From: an uncultured Chloroflexia bacterium
Lineage (GTDB): Bacteria; Chloroflexota; Limnocylindria; Limnocylindrales; CSP1-4
Length of the DNA: 64,000 nucleotides
Reading direction: 5' to 3'
Assembly (NCBI GenBank): GCA_963720495.1
Contig: CAVRFU010000004.1
Location: forward strand, 295,900 to 359,899
Shown: in pieces, positions 54,221-63,422 of the stretch
Layout: the number at the start of each line of letters is the position of its first letter
Numbering within the stretch: the first letter of the stretch is position 1
Program-made: the position numbers and the translations under genes
The notes under the pieces: model-generated
The model's input: only the letters and a program-made list of their open reading frames with translations
Databases searched by the model: none
What the model was told of the DNA's origin: nothing

Positions 54221-55654
54221 TTAGGGGATCCGGACGTTGGTGAAGTTGGTCCCGTTGTAGCGGTTGAGATCGACCCGACCGGAGATCCCGGGCACCGACC
54301 CGTCCGACGTGTACTGCCAGAAGGTCCAGTTGTTGCCGCCCCAGGCCGCGGCCGGGACGATCGGTTGCGTGGCGGTCGTCCAGTGGGCGACCCACAGGAT
54401 CTTGTAGCCGTTGGCCGCGAACCACGTCGTGTCGCCGAGATAGTTCTTCCAGAAGCTCGGTGAGCAGTAGATGACGGCACGGACGCCGGTGCGCTCGTAG
54501 ATCCGCTGGAGGTACGCGCGGACCCACGCCGTGAGGTTCGTCTGGGTCAGGCCGCCGCTCCGCTCGAGGTCGAGCACCGGCAGCAGATCACCCGAGGCGG
54601 GCGTCGCCGTGTCGACGTAGTGGTTGGCCTCCGCGATCGCGTCCCCGGCCTCCGTGCTGGGCTGCGCGAAGTGGTACGCACCGACCAGCAGGCCGGCGGC
54701 CTTGGCACGGGTCCGGTTCGTCGTGTACAGCGGATCGACGTAGTCGATGTCCTCGGACGCCTTGATGTAGGTGAACTTCTTGCCGGCCGCCCAGACGGCG
54801 TTCCAGTCGATCGTGTTCTGCCAGTGGCTGACGTCGATCCCCTCGGTCCGGTTCATGCCCGGTGACGTCGGCGCTGGCGTCGGCTTCGGCGTCGTGGCCG
54901 GCGTCGGGGTGGGCTTCGGGACGGATGATGTCGTCACGGCGGCCTTGAACAGGCCCGAGGCCCCATAGAGGTAGGGCATGTTGAACAGCGCCTGGACGCT
55001 CTGGCCGTTGATGCTGGTGATCCGGTACCAGTACGGCCCGGCGACGGCGTTGCCGGCGCATGTCGTCTTCCAGCTGCTGCCGGTCACCGTGGCGCTCACG
55101 GTGACCTTCGTGTCGGTCTTGATCAGCGTCTTCTTCGCGGACGACGTCGAGGCGCTGGTCCGAAGATACGTGCCGCAGGCGGCATACCGGATGACGGGCG
55201 GCGCGACGTATGCCTTGAACAGTCCCGTGGCCGCGTAGAGGTACGTCACGCCGTACAGCGCCTTGACCGACTTGCCGTTGACCGTCGCGATCCGGAACCA
55301 GGAGGTGCCGGAGACGACCTTGCCCGCGCAGGTCGCGCGCCAGGCCGAACCCTTGACCCGCACCACCGCGCCGACCTTCGCTCCGGTGTGGATGGAGGTC
55401 CTGACCCGCGCGGTGGTCGAGGGCGACGTGCGGAGGTTCGCCGGGCAGAGCGCGACCTTCGGGTAGGTGGCTCCGAGGACGGGGCCGGGCGTGGAGACCG
55501 CGGTCATCCCGAAGAGGAACAGCGCAGACAGGATCGCCGTGGCGATGAGTGTCGGGCGTGACGGGCGCGTGGACGGATGGGCGACGGCCGGAGGCAAATT
55601 GGGGTACCTCGTGATCGGGCCCCGAGCATGGCCGATGGCTCGGGGGCCGGACAA
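54221..55654 (-). CDS. Secreted GH25 muramidase (lysozyme) with two N-terminal ~85-aa SH3-like repeats and a Pro/Thr-rich linker
   Basis: Catalytic domain GIDVSHWQNTIDWNAVWAAGKKFTYIKASEDIDYVDPLY...GAYHF matches the GH25 signature. A signal/TM segment is at the N-terminus. The tandem repeats are ...WFRIATVNGKSVKALYGVTYLYAATGLFKA and ...WYRITSINGQSVQALFNMPYLYGASGLFKA. Confidence 0.8.
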   Translation of the reverse strand: MSGPRAIGHARGPITRYPNLPPAVAHPSTRPSRPTLIATAILSALFLFGMTAVSTPGPVLGATYPKVALCPANLRTSPSTTARVRTSIHTGAKVGAVVRVKGSAWRATCAGKVVSGTSWFRIATVNGKSVKALYGVTYLYAATGLFKAYVAPPVIRYAACGTYLRTSASTSSAKKTLIKTDTKVTVSATVTGSSWKTTCAGNAVAGPYWYRITSINGQSVQALFNMPYLYGASGLFKAAVTTSSVPKPTPTPATTPKPTPAPTSPGMNRTEGIDVSHWQNTIDWNAVWAAGKKFTYIKASEDIDYVDPLYTTNRTRAKAAGLLVGAYHFAQPSTEAGDAIAEANHYVDTATPASGDLLPVLDLERSGGLTQTNLTAWVRAYLQRIYERTGVRAVIYCSPSFWKNYLGDTTWFAANGYKILWVAHWTTATQPIVPAAAWGGNNWTFWQYTSDGSVPGISGRVDLNRYNGTNFTNVRIP

Positions 55655-55809
55655 TCACCCCTTCGGGCCAAACGGGACAGGTCCCGACGGGTCAGTCCGG
55701 GACGGTTCGGGGGAGGACTTTCGGGCCATGACCCACCACCGTCCGGGTCAGCCTACCCCTCGCGGCAACCCACCGTCCAGTCGGCCGGTGGGTCGTGCCG
55801 CCGCCGTCG

Positions 55810-56745
55810 TCAGGGCACGATCTCGACCGTGTCACCGTCGCGCACCTCATGATCGCGGCCCACCCGCTGACCATCGAACCGTGCCGACGGGCCCCACACC
55901 CGCGCGCCGCTGAAGGTCGCCCCGAGGTCGTGGTGGACCCAGTCGGCGACCTCCGCGACCGTGGCGCCGGGGTCCAGCGCCAGCGGGTCGGGGTCGATCG
56001 AGCCGTCCTTCCGCAGCCTGACCCGGATGAGCCCGGTCAGCGCCCAGACCGCCGCCCGGAACGCATCGAGCGACGCCTCGTCGAGGACCGACACCTCGAC
56101 GACGTCGAGATCCGGGAAGGCACCGGTCAGACGGTCGACGGCGCCATCGGCGGCCTCGTCGGCACGCGTCGCGGCCAGGATCGCCGGCTTGTCGATGCCG
56201 GCGGCTGCGACCTCGGCGAGGACGGTCCGCAGCTCGCCCGGGTCGGCGCCGGCGCGACAGCAGTAGACGATCGCGTCGACCGTGCGCAGGACGCCGAGGA
56301 GGGCGCGGCCGCCACCGCGGTCCTCGCCGGCCCCGCCGATGAGACCCGGGATCTCGACCAGCTGGACGGGCACGCCCCCGATCCGGGTCAGCGCCGGCAC
56401 CGGCCGGAGCGTCGTGAACGGGTAGTCGCCGGTCTTGATCTGGATCTCGGACAGCGCCTGGAGCAGCGACGACTTGCCCACGTTGGGCGGCCCGACGAGC
56501 GCGATCTGGGCGGCGCCCTCGCGTCGCACCGCGATCGAATCACGGTGGACCGCGCTCGCCCGGACCCGCGTGTCCGCGATCTCGGACAGCAGCCACTTGC
56601 GCAGGTCGGCGTACGGCCCGTTCCTGTAGTCGGGCAGCTCGCCCAGCAAGGCGTTCACCTCGCGGATCCGTTCCCGGCCTTCCTTGCCGGTCAGTCGTCG
56701 CTTCGCCACCTGGGCGAAGGTGCGATGCGGCATCGGCATCGTCAT
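55810..56745 (-). CDS. OBG-HflX-like GTPase of the DRG/Rbg type with a C-terminal TGS domain
   Basis: G1 ALVGPPNVGKSSLL, FTTL, G3 EIPGLIGGAGEDRG. The TGS-like C-terminus is GATVAEVADWVHHDLGATFSGARVWGPSARFDGQRVGRDHEVRDGDTVEIV. Start was taken at the MTMPMP methionines next to GAGGGAG. Confidence 0.65.
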   Translation of the reverse strand: MTMPMPHRTFAQVAKRRLTGKEGRERIREVNALLGELPDYRNGPYADLRKWLLSEIADTRVRASAVHRDSIAVRREGAAQIALVGPPNVGKSSLLQALSEIQIKTGDYPFTTLRPVPALTRIGGVPVQLVEIPGLIGGAGEDRGGGRALLGVLRTVDAIVYCCRAGADPGELRTVLAEVAAAGIDKPAILAATRADEAADGAVDRLTGAFPDLDVVEVSVLDEASLDAFRAAVWALTGLIRVRLRKDGSIDPDPLALDPGATVAEVADWVHHDLGATFSGARVWGPSARFDGQRVGRDHEVRDGDTVEIVP

Positions 56746-56975
56746 CTCCCTCGATCGATCACGCGGGACGACGCGGCGCAGCACGGACCTCTCGGTCGCG
56801 CGGCAGCTCGCGTCCGTCCCGCCCCTTCCTCCGACGCTTGTTCCGGAAGGGGCGGATCAGCCGTTCCTGTTGGAGATGGTGGCGAACCACGCGTGCAGAC
56901 GCCGCGTGGCCGTGAAGAGGTTCATGTCGTCGGCAGCGTACCCGAGTCGCGCGGCCGGGTCACGCGCGTCAGGAG

Positions 56976-57422
56976 CTAGATCCGACCCTCGCGCAGGGAC
57001 GCCACGGACTTCTCGATCCGGCGCCCTCGCGTCTCCGGGCTCTTCGCGTCGTCGATCGGCATCACGATCCGCCGCTTGTTGCTGTACGACAGGGTCTCGA
57101 AGAACCGGCGCGCCTCGGGCTCGGCGTCGAGCGCCGCCGCGAGGTCGGGCGGCACCGCCACGACCCGTGGCTCGGTGTCCAGCTCGATGTCGACGTCGAC
57201 GACCTGGCCGGCGGCGACACCCGCGGCGGTGCGCACGTCGTTGCTGACGCCGACCATGTACATCCCGTTGACCGTCGCGACGGTGCTCCGGTACGTGTAG
57301 CCATTCAGGCTGACCGAGACCGCCGGCTTGCGACTCGTGCCGAGCGCGTCGAGCACGTCCAGGGGGATCTCGATGCCGGCCGCGGTCTTCCCGTTGGACA
57401 GGATCTCCGTCCGAAATCGCAT
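56976..57422 (-). CDS. DUF1905 / YdeI-OmpD-associated family protein
   Basis: MRFRTEILSNGKTAAGIEIPLDVLDALGTSRKPAVSVSLNGYTYRSTVATVNGMYMVGVS... (148 aa) matches the DUF1905 plus bacteriocin-protection YdeI/OmpD-associated architecture. The remainder of the 339-aa ORF is an antisense shadow. Confidence 0.6.
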   Translation of the reverse strand: MRFRTEILSNGKTAAGIEIPLDVLDALGTSRKPAVSVSLNGYTYRSTVATVNGMYMVGVSNDVRTAAGVAAGQVVDVDIELDTEPRVVAVPPDLAAALDAEPEARRFFETLSYSNKRRIVMPIDDAKSPETRGRRIEKSVASLREGRI

Positions 57423-57539
57423 GCTCCGAGTATGCATCCTTGACACGGTCGTCGGGCCATGTCGATTTCGGCCATCGCTCTTTCGACGTGTGTGTAGAGG
57501 GCCGGATCCACGGCCCGAGGACCTGAAGGAGCAACCGCC

Positions 57540-57896
57540 ATGAAGTACCTCGCCCTGTCGCTCGACGACCCCGAGAAGCTGCGCATCCCGCCGACCCCGG
57601 AGCAGATGGGCGCCATCGGCGCGTTCATGGTCGAAGCCGCCCAGTCCGGCCACATCTTCCTGACCGGGGGCGTCCGGCCGCGTGAGGCCGCCACCCGGAT
57701 CACGATCGACGGCGGCAAGCCGACCGTCACCGACGGCCCGTACGCCGAGGCCAAGGAGCTGGTCGCCGGCTTCGCCATCCTCGAGGTGGCGTCCAAGGAC
57801 GAGGCCATCCACTGGGTGACCCGCTTCGCCGAGGTCGCCGGCGTCGCCGACATGGAGATCCGCGAGCTGTTCCTCCAGGAGGAGCTGGCCGGCTAG
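57540..57896 (+). CDS. YciI-like (YCII-related domain) protein
   Basis: 118 aa with ...GPYAEAKELVAGFAILEVASKDEAIHW typical of the YCII/Dabb-like fold. Confidence 0.75.
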   Translation: MKYLALSLDDPEKLRIPPTPEQMGAIGAFMVEAAQSGHIFLTGGVRPREAATRITIDGGKPTVTDGPYAEAKELVAGFAILEVASKDEAIHWVTRFAEVAGVADMEIRELFLQEELAG

Positions 57897-57924
57897 GGTG
57901 CACGGCGACCTCGAGGAGACGACC

Positions 57925-58290
57925 ATGCGCTTCATGGTGCTCGTCAAGGGCGACCCGGGAGTCCGGCCGCCGTCGCGTGAAGCGGCGGCGGCCATGGGCC
58001 GTTACCTGGACGACCTCAACCGGGCCGGCGTCCTGCTCGCCGCCGAGGCCCTCCACCCGAGCGCCGCCGGCTCGCGGCTCCGGGTGACCGCGCGCGAGCG
58101 CACCCGCATCGACGGCCCGTTCGACGATCCGAGCGAGCTCGTCGTCGGCAGCGTCCTCCTGATCCAGGCAGGTTCGCGCGCGGAGGCGCTCGAATGGGCG
58201 TCGCGCTGTCCGGTCGACGTCGCGCTCGGTCAGGACGAGGCGGTCGATCTGGAGATCCGCCAGGTCGTCGAGGCCACCGATCGCGGATGA
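57925..58290 (+). CDS. YciI-like (YCII-related domain) protein, second copy
   Basis: MRFMVLVKGDPG...IDGPFDDPSELVVGSVLLIQAGSRAEALEWASRCP. ATG 57925 follows GAGGAG. Confidence 0.75.
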   Translation: MRFMVLVKGDPGVRPPSREAAAAMGRYLDDLNRAGVLLAAEALHPSAAGSRLRVTARERTRIDGPFDDPSELVVGSVLLIQAGSRAEALEWASRCPVDVALGQDEAVDLEIRQVVEATDRG

Positions 58291-59546
58291 TCGAGACCCG
58301 CGACGCGATCGAGGCCGTCTGGCGGATCGAATCCGCGAAGCTGATCGCGGGGCTGGCGCGCATCGTCCGCGACGTCGGGCTGGCCGAGGAGCTGGCGCAG
58401 GACGCCCTCGTCGAGGCCCTCGAGCAGTGGCCGACGACCGGCATCCCGCGGAACCCCGGTGCGTGGCTGATGACGACGGCCAAGCGCCGGGGGATCGACC
58501 AGCTGCGACGCAGGGCCACGCTCGAACGCAAGCACGGCGAGATCGGTCGTGAGCTCCGGGTCGAGCAGTCGATGGCGCTCGCCGCGTTCGAGGCCACGGG
58601 CGACGATGACGTCGGCGACGATCTCCTGAGCCTCATCTTCACCGCCTGCCACCCGGTCCTGAGCCGCGAGGCGCGCGTGGCTCTCACGCTGCGGCTTCTC
58701 GGTGGCCTGACGACCGACGAGATCGCCCGCGCGTTCCTCGTCCCGGAGACGACCATCGCCCAGCGCATCGTCCGGGCGAAGCGGACGTTGTCCGAAGCCC
58801 GCGTGCCGTTCGAGGTCCCGCGCGCGGACGAGCTGGCGAGCCGGCTCGCGTCCGTGCTCGAGGTCGTCTACCTCATCTTCAACGAGGGCTATTCCGCGAC
58901 CGCCGGCGACGACTGGATGCGCCCCGGCCTGTGCGACGAGGCGCTGCGTCTCGGCCGGATGCTGGCCGAGCTCGAGCCCGCCGAGCCCGAGGTGCACGGG
59001 CTCGTCGCGCTGATGGAGATCCAGGCCTCGCGCTCGGGCGCCCGGACCAACCCGGCGGGGGAGCCGATCCTGCTCCTCGACCAGGACCGGGCTCGCTGGG
59101 ACCAGCTCCTGATCCGGCGGGGGCTCGCCGCCCTGGAGCGTGCCGAACGGCTCGGCGGCGGTCTCGGACCCTATGGGCTCCAGGCCGCCATCGCGGCCTG
59201 CCACGCGAGGGCCGCGACCCCGGAGGCGACCGACTGGGTCCGTCTGGCCGCCCTGTACGACGCGCTCGCCGAGCTGGCCCCCTCACCGATCGTCGAGGTG
59301 AACCGGGCCGTCGCCGTCGGGATGGCCTTCGGGCCGGCGGCCGGGCTGGCCGTCATCGATCCGCTCGTCGGCGACCCGGCGCTCAAGGGCTACCACCTGC
59401 TGCCGGCCGTCCGCGGCGACCTCCTCGCCAAGCTCGGCCGGGGCGAGGAGGCGGCCGCGGAGTTCCGCCGGGCGGCCGGGCTGACACGCAACGAACGCGA
59501 GCGGCGGCTCCTGCTGGAACGGGCCGGTGACGTCGCGCTCGGCTGA
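58287..59546 (+). CDS. ECF-type RNA polymerase sigma factor with a ~250-aa C-terminal TPR-like extension (COG4941/DUF6596 type)
   Basis: Sigma region 2 (AEELAQDALVEALEQW...PGAWLMTTAKRRGIDQLRR) and region 4 (LGGLTTDEIARAFLVPETTIAQRIVRAKRTL) are followed by a long helical extension. The start overlaps the YciI stop (ATGA). Confidence 0.8.
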   Translation: MIETRDAIEAVWRIESAKLIAGLARIVRDVGLAEELAQDALVEALEQWPTTGIPRNPGAWLMTTAKRRGIDQLRRRATLERKHGEIGRELRVEQSMALAAFEATGDDDVGDDLLSLIFTACHPVLSREARVALTLRLLGGLTTDEIARAFLVPETTIAQRIVRAKRTLSEARVPFEVPRADELASRLASVLEVVYLIFNEGYSATAGDDWMRPGLCDEALRLGRMLAELEPAEPEVHGLVALMEIQASRSGARTNPAGEPILLLDQDRARWDQLLIRRGLAALERAERLGGGLGPYGLQAAIAACHARAATPEATDWVRLAALYDALAELAPSPIVEVNRAVAVGMAFGPAAGLAVIDPLVGDPALKGYHLLPAVRGDLLAKLGRGEEAAAEFRRAAGLTRNERERRLLLERAGDVALG

Positions 59547-59638
59547 CGGCGTGGCCTGGATGAACGGAAGCGCGATCACGGCTCCCGTCGAACGATTCTG
59601 CGATGATCGGACGATGAGCACGCGCGACGTCGCCTGAG

Positions 59639-60025
59639 GTGGCCACCCCGGAGGATGTGCGTCGGATCGCTCTCGGGCTGCCGGAGACGACCGAGGGCCC
59701 CGACTTCGGCTTCGTCGTCGACGGCAAGGCGTTCGTCTGGCTCTGGCGCGAACGGATCGATCCGAAGCGCGCCCGCGTCCCGAACCCGGACGTCCTCGCG
59801 GTCCGGATCGCCCACGAGTCGGAGAAGGAGACGCTGATCGAGATGGATCCGGCGGTCTTCTTCACGGAGCCGCACTACAACGGCTACCCGGCCATCCTCG
59901 TGCGCTTGCCGGCCATCGAGACCGATCTGCTGGCGGTGCTCCTGACGGACGCGTGGCGGACGAGGGCGCCCAAGCGCCTGCGCGAGGCGGTGTCGAAGGG
60001 AACGCCGGCTGAGGGTCCGGGCTAG
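59639..60025 (+). CDS. MmcQ/YjbR family DNA-binding protein
   Basis: 128 aa with ...GPDFGFVVDGKAFVWLWRERID...EPHYNGYPAILVRL. Confidence 0.65.
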   Translation: MATPEDVRRIALGLPETTEGPDFGFVVDGKAFVWLWRERIDPKRARVPNPDVLAVRIAHESEKETLIEMDPAVFFTEPHYNGYPAILVRLPAIETDLLAVLLTDAWRTRAPKRLREAVSKGTPAEGPG

Positions 60026-60228
60026 AAGGCCCGCCGGAGCATCATCAGGCCGACGAAGATCAGGACGATGCCCGCCACGAGGGCCGCCGGCGGCAACGTC
60101 GAGATCGTGTGCGCGGAGTCCGTCACGAGCTGGCTCAGCTGGGCGCCGACGTCCATCGACTGGCCGCCGGTCCCGCCGCCACCGGACCTGCCCGCCACCT
60201 GGCCCACACCGTTGCCGTATTCGAGCAT
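60022..60228 (-). CDS. Small Gly-rich protein with a C-terminal TM helix (68 aa); speculative
   Basis: MLEYGNGVGQVAGRSGGGGTGGQSMDVGAQLSQLVTDSAHTISTLPPAALVAGIVLIFVGLMMLRRAF. It is convergent with mmcQ and lies between two plus-strand genes. Confidence 0.3.
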   Translation of the reverse strand: MLEYGNGVGQVAGRSGGGGTGGQSMDVGAQLSQLVTDSAHTISTLPPAALVAGIVLIFVGLMMLRRAF

Positions 60229-60279
60229 GCGCGGATCATCTCACCCGATGCAATAGGCTTCGGCGATGGCGAGTCGGTC

Positions 60280-61365
60280 GTGAGGGTGCTGTTCACCTGC
60301 GTGGTCGGGTTCGGGCACTTCAATCCGATGGTCCCGCTGGCGCGGGCGTTCGTGGCGGCGGGCCATGACGTCGCCGTCGCCACCGATCCGGCGTTCTGTC
60401 CGACGGTCGAAGCGATGGGATTCACGGCCCACCCGGCCGGTCTCGATCATGAGGTCGCACGTGCGCGGTTTCGGGAGGCGATGCCGGACTGGGAAGCCGT
60501 CCCCCCGGCCGACCTGATGCGGTACCTCAACCCGGACATGTTCGGTCGGATCCGCGTCCCGCCGATGCTCGCCGACCTGGGACCGATCCTCGCGCGGTGG
60601 CGGCCCGGGCTGTTGATCCACGACAGCGCCGAGATGGCCGGCGCGGTCGCGGCCGAGGTGGCCGGGATCGCACACGTCGAACACAGCGTCGGCCTGCTGC
60701 GGCCGGCCGCGATCCGGCAGGCAGCCTCCGACGCCGTCGCGCCGGTCAGCGCGGCTGCCGGGGTCCGCAACCCGGGCGTCGGCGGGCTCGGCGGAGAGAC
60801 GTATCTCGACATCTGCCCGCCCCGGCTCCAGTTCGCGGAGATCTCGTCCGTCCCGAGCGTCCTCCGTCTTCGACTCCTGGAGATCGAGGAGCCGCCGGAT
60901 CCCGCGTTCGAGGCGTGGCTCGCCGGCCGGGACGGTCGACCGCTGGTGTACCTCACGTTGGGCACCGTGTTCAACGACGTGGACCGCCTGCGGTCGATCG
61001 TCGACGCCATCGACGAACTCGACGTCGACATCGTGGTCACGCTCGGGCCGGGCACCGACCCGTCGATCGTCGGCGCCCGGTCGGAGCACGTCCACGTGGC
61101 GTCGTTCATCCCGCAGCCGCAGGTCCTCCGGCGGAGCCGGGTCATGATCAGCCACTGCGGCTCGGGGGCGATGCTGGGCGCGATCGCGGCCGGCGTCCCG
61201 ATCCTCGCCGTCCCGCAAGGCGCCGACCAGTTCATGAACGCCGGGCGGATCGTCGAAGCCGGGCTGGGTCTCCGCATCCTGCCGGACGAGCTCGACCCGG
61301 ACGTCGTCCGGACGCGGCTCTCGACCCTGCTGGACGATCGCACGGTTCGCGGCGACCGCCCGTGA
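60280..61365 (+). CDS. GT1-family glycosyltransferase (MGT/UDP-glycosyltransferase-like)
   Basis: MRVLFTCVVGFGHFNPMVPLARAFVAAGHDVAVAT... The C-terminal donor-binding motif is VMISHCGSGAMLGAIAAGVPILAVPQGADQFMNAGRIVEAGLG. GTG 60280 was preferred over the upstream ATG. Confidence 0.75.
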   Translation: MRVLFTCVVGFGHFNPMVPLARAFVAAGHDVAVATDPAFCPTVEAMGFTAHPAGLDHEVARARFREAMPDWEAVPPADLMRYLNPDMFGRIRVPPMLADLGPILARWRPGLLIHDSAEMAGAVAAEVAGIAHVEHSVGLLRPAAIRQAASDAVAPVSAAAGVRNPGVGGLGGETYLDICPPRLQFAEISSVPSVLRLRLLEIEEPPDPAFEAWLAGRDGRPLVYLTLGTVFNDVDRLRSIVDAIDELDVDIVVTLGPGTDPSIVGARSEHVHVASFIPQPQVLRRSRVMISHCGSGAMLGAIAAGVPILAVPQGADQFMNAGRIVEAGLGLRILPDELDPDVVRTRLSTLLDDRTVRGDRP

Positions 61366-61525
61366 CTACCGGGCGGATCGTCGAGTCGATGCCGCCACCG
61401 GGCGACGCGGTCGACGCCCTGGTCCGGATGGCCGGCTGAGCGCCGACACGAGTCATGCCCGGCTCGGTAGCATCGCCCGATGCGAACGACGGACCGCGCT
61501 CCCGACGGAGATCGGCGGGATCGCC

Positions 61526-62140
61526 GTGCCACAGGACGATGTCTCCGCCGCGACCTGGCGGTGGGCCGGACGGTCGCTGCCGGGCTACCTCCTGACCCAC
61601 TCGGTCCGCTCGTACTGCTGGGGCGCGGCGATCGCGGCCGGTGAGGGCTGGGAGTTCGACCGCCGGCTGCTGTGGACGGCGGCCCTGATCCACGACGTCG
61701 GCCTGACCCGGCTGCCCCGGAATACCGACTGCTTCGAGATGGAGGGTGGCGAGATCGCGCGGCGGCTCCTCGAGCGCGCCGGGATGCCGGCCGGGGACGC
61801 CGCGCGGGTGGCCCGGGCGATCGTCCTGCACATGGCGCCGGACGTGACGCTCGACGATGGGGTCGAAGCCGTCCTGCTCGACCGGGCGACCGGGCTGGAT
61901 GTCCGCGGTGCCGGGTACGACCTCGTGGACGCCGTCCGGCCGGCCGTCGTCGACGCGTTCCCCCGCGGCGCGTTCGATCGGCACTTCCTGGCGGCGATGT
62001 CCCGCGAGGCGGCGAGCCGGCCCGGCTGTCAGAGCGCCCGGCTGGTCAACGAGGTCGGGCTGGCTCGCTGGATGGCGTCGTCACCCTGGCGACGGGCAGG
62101 AACGGGCGGCATCGACCGCGCCGCGGTGGGATCCGGGTAG
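61526..62140 (+). CDS. HD-domain phosphohydrolase family protein
   Basis: LLWTAALIHDVGLTRLP (the H..HD metal-binding motif), 204 aa. Confidence 0.65.
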   Translation: MPQDDVSAATWRWAGRSLPGYLLTHSVRSYCWGAAIAAGEGWEFDRRLLWTAALIHDVGLTRLPRNTDCFEMEGGEIARRLLERAGMPAGDAARVARAIVLHMAPDVTLDDGVEAVLLDRATGLDVRGAGYDLVDAVRPAVVDAFPRGAFDRHFLAAMSREAASRPGCQSARLVNEVGLARWMASSPWRRAGTGGIDRAAVGSG

Positions 62141-62265
62141 ACCGCGCCGCCGGCGTTGCGATACGCCTGCGATGACCGGCGTCTCCGCACGCGTCCGAGC
62201 GCAACCGGACGCGCCCCATGCTCGGCCAGCGACCGCCGGACGCGCGGTCACGAGCGGGAGTCCCA

Positions 62266-63422
62266 GTGCTTTCCACGACCCCACCCGACGACGGGGCCGG
62301 CCTCCCGCCGGCCGGCGCGAACCAGCCCGCCACGCCGCCGACCCAGAGCAGGGCCGCGGCCGACACGGCCAAGGCGCAGGCCGACGCCGCGGTCGTCGTC
62401 GACGACGTCACGATGCGGTTCGACGACCAGCTCGCCGTGGACGGTATCTCGCTGGTCGTGCCGGCGGGGACGATCCTCGGCCTGATCGGACCGTCGGGGT
62501 CGGGCAAGACGACGACGATCCGGCTTCTCACGGGTGCCCTGACCCCGACATCGGGCACGGTCCGGGTGCTGGGCGAGGAGCCGCGCAGGTTCCGGCGCCA
62601 GACCCGCGAGCGGCTCGGCTACATGCCCCAGTCGTTCACGCTCTACCCGGATCTGACGGTCCGCGAGAACGTCGACTTCGTGGGGTCGCTGTTCGGGATG
62701 ATGTTCCCGCGCCGCCGACGCCGGACCCGCGAGGTCCTCCAGCTGCTCGACCTGTGGGACGTCCGCAGCCGGCGAGCCGGGCGCCTGTCCGGCGGCATGC
62801 AGCGCCGGCTCGAGCTCGCGTGCGCGCTCGTCCACGATCCCGCCCTGCTGTTCCTCGACGAGCCGACCGCCGGGCATCGACCCGCTGCTGCGGGCCAGCG
62901 TCTGGGAGGAGCTCCACCGATTGCGCGCGACCGGTCGGACGATGCTGGTCACGACCCAGTACATCAACGAGGCCGAGTCGTGCGACCTCGTGGCGCTGAT
63001 CGCGGGTGGCCGCCTCCTCGCCCTGGCGACCCCGGACGACCTGCGGCGCGAGGCGTCGGGCGGCGACGTCATCGGGATCGAGACCGCGCGCGCTGTTCGA
63101 CGGCGGGCTCCTCGAGGACCTGCCGTTCGTCCGCGGCGTCCGCCAGACCGGCCCCCGGCATCTCACGGTCATCGTCGACGATGCCGGGCCGGCCACGCCC
63201 GACGTGGTCGACGCGATCCAGGCGCGCGGCGGCGAGGTCGCGAGCGCCCGCGAGGAGCGACTCTCGTTCGACGACGTCTTCACGGCGCTCGTCGAACGGG
63301 ACCAGGCCGCGCGCGACCGGGCTGCTGCCGACGCCGACGCCGCGCCGGCCGATCACCAGCCCGAGCCCGAAGCCGAGCCCGAGCCCCAGCCCGGCCCGGA
63401 TCCGGCGGGCCCTGAGTCATGA
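62266..63422 (+). CDS. ABC transporter ATP-binding protein (ABC-2 exporter type) with an acidic Ala/Pro/Glu tail; two +1 frame disruptions near 62875 and 63090
   Basis: Walker A GLIGPSGSGKTTTIRLL, signature LSGGMQRRLELACAL and Walker B LLFLDEPTAG read in frame 1. TGRTMLVTTQYINEAESCDLVALIAGGRLLA reads in frame 2. The C-terminus reads in frame 0. GTG 62266 follows GCGGGAG. Confidence 0.75.

Noticed and set aside
60109-60279. ATG 60109 as the start of the GT1 glycosyltransferase
   Set aside because: It would add a 57-aa non-homologous extension overlapping the minus-strand small ORF. GT1 enzymes of this family start at the MRVLFT motif (GTG 60280).
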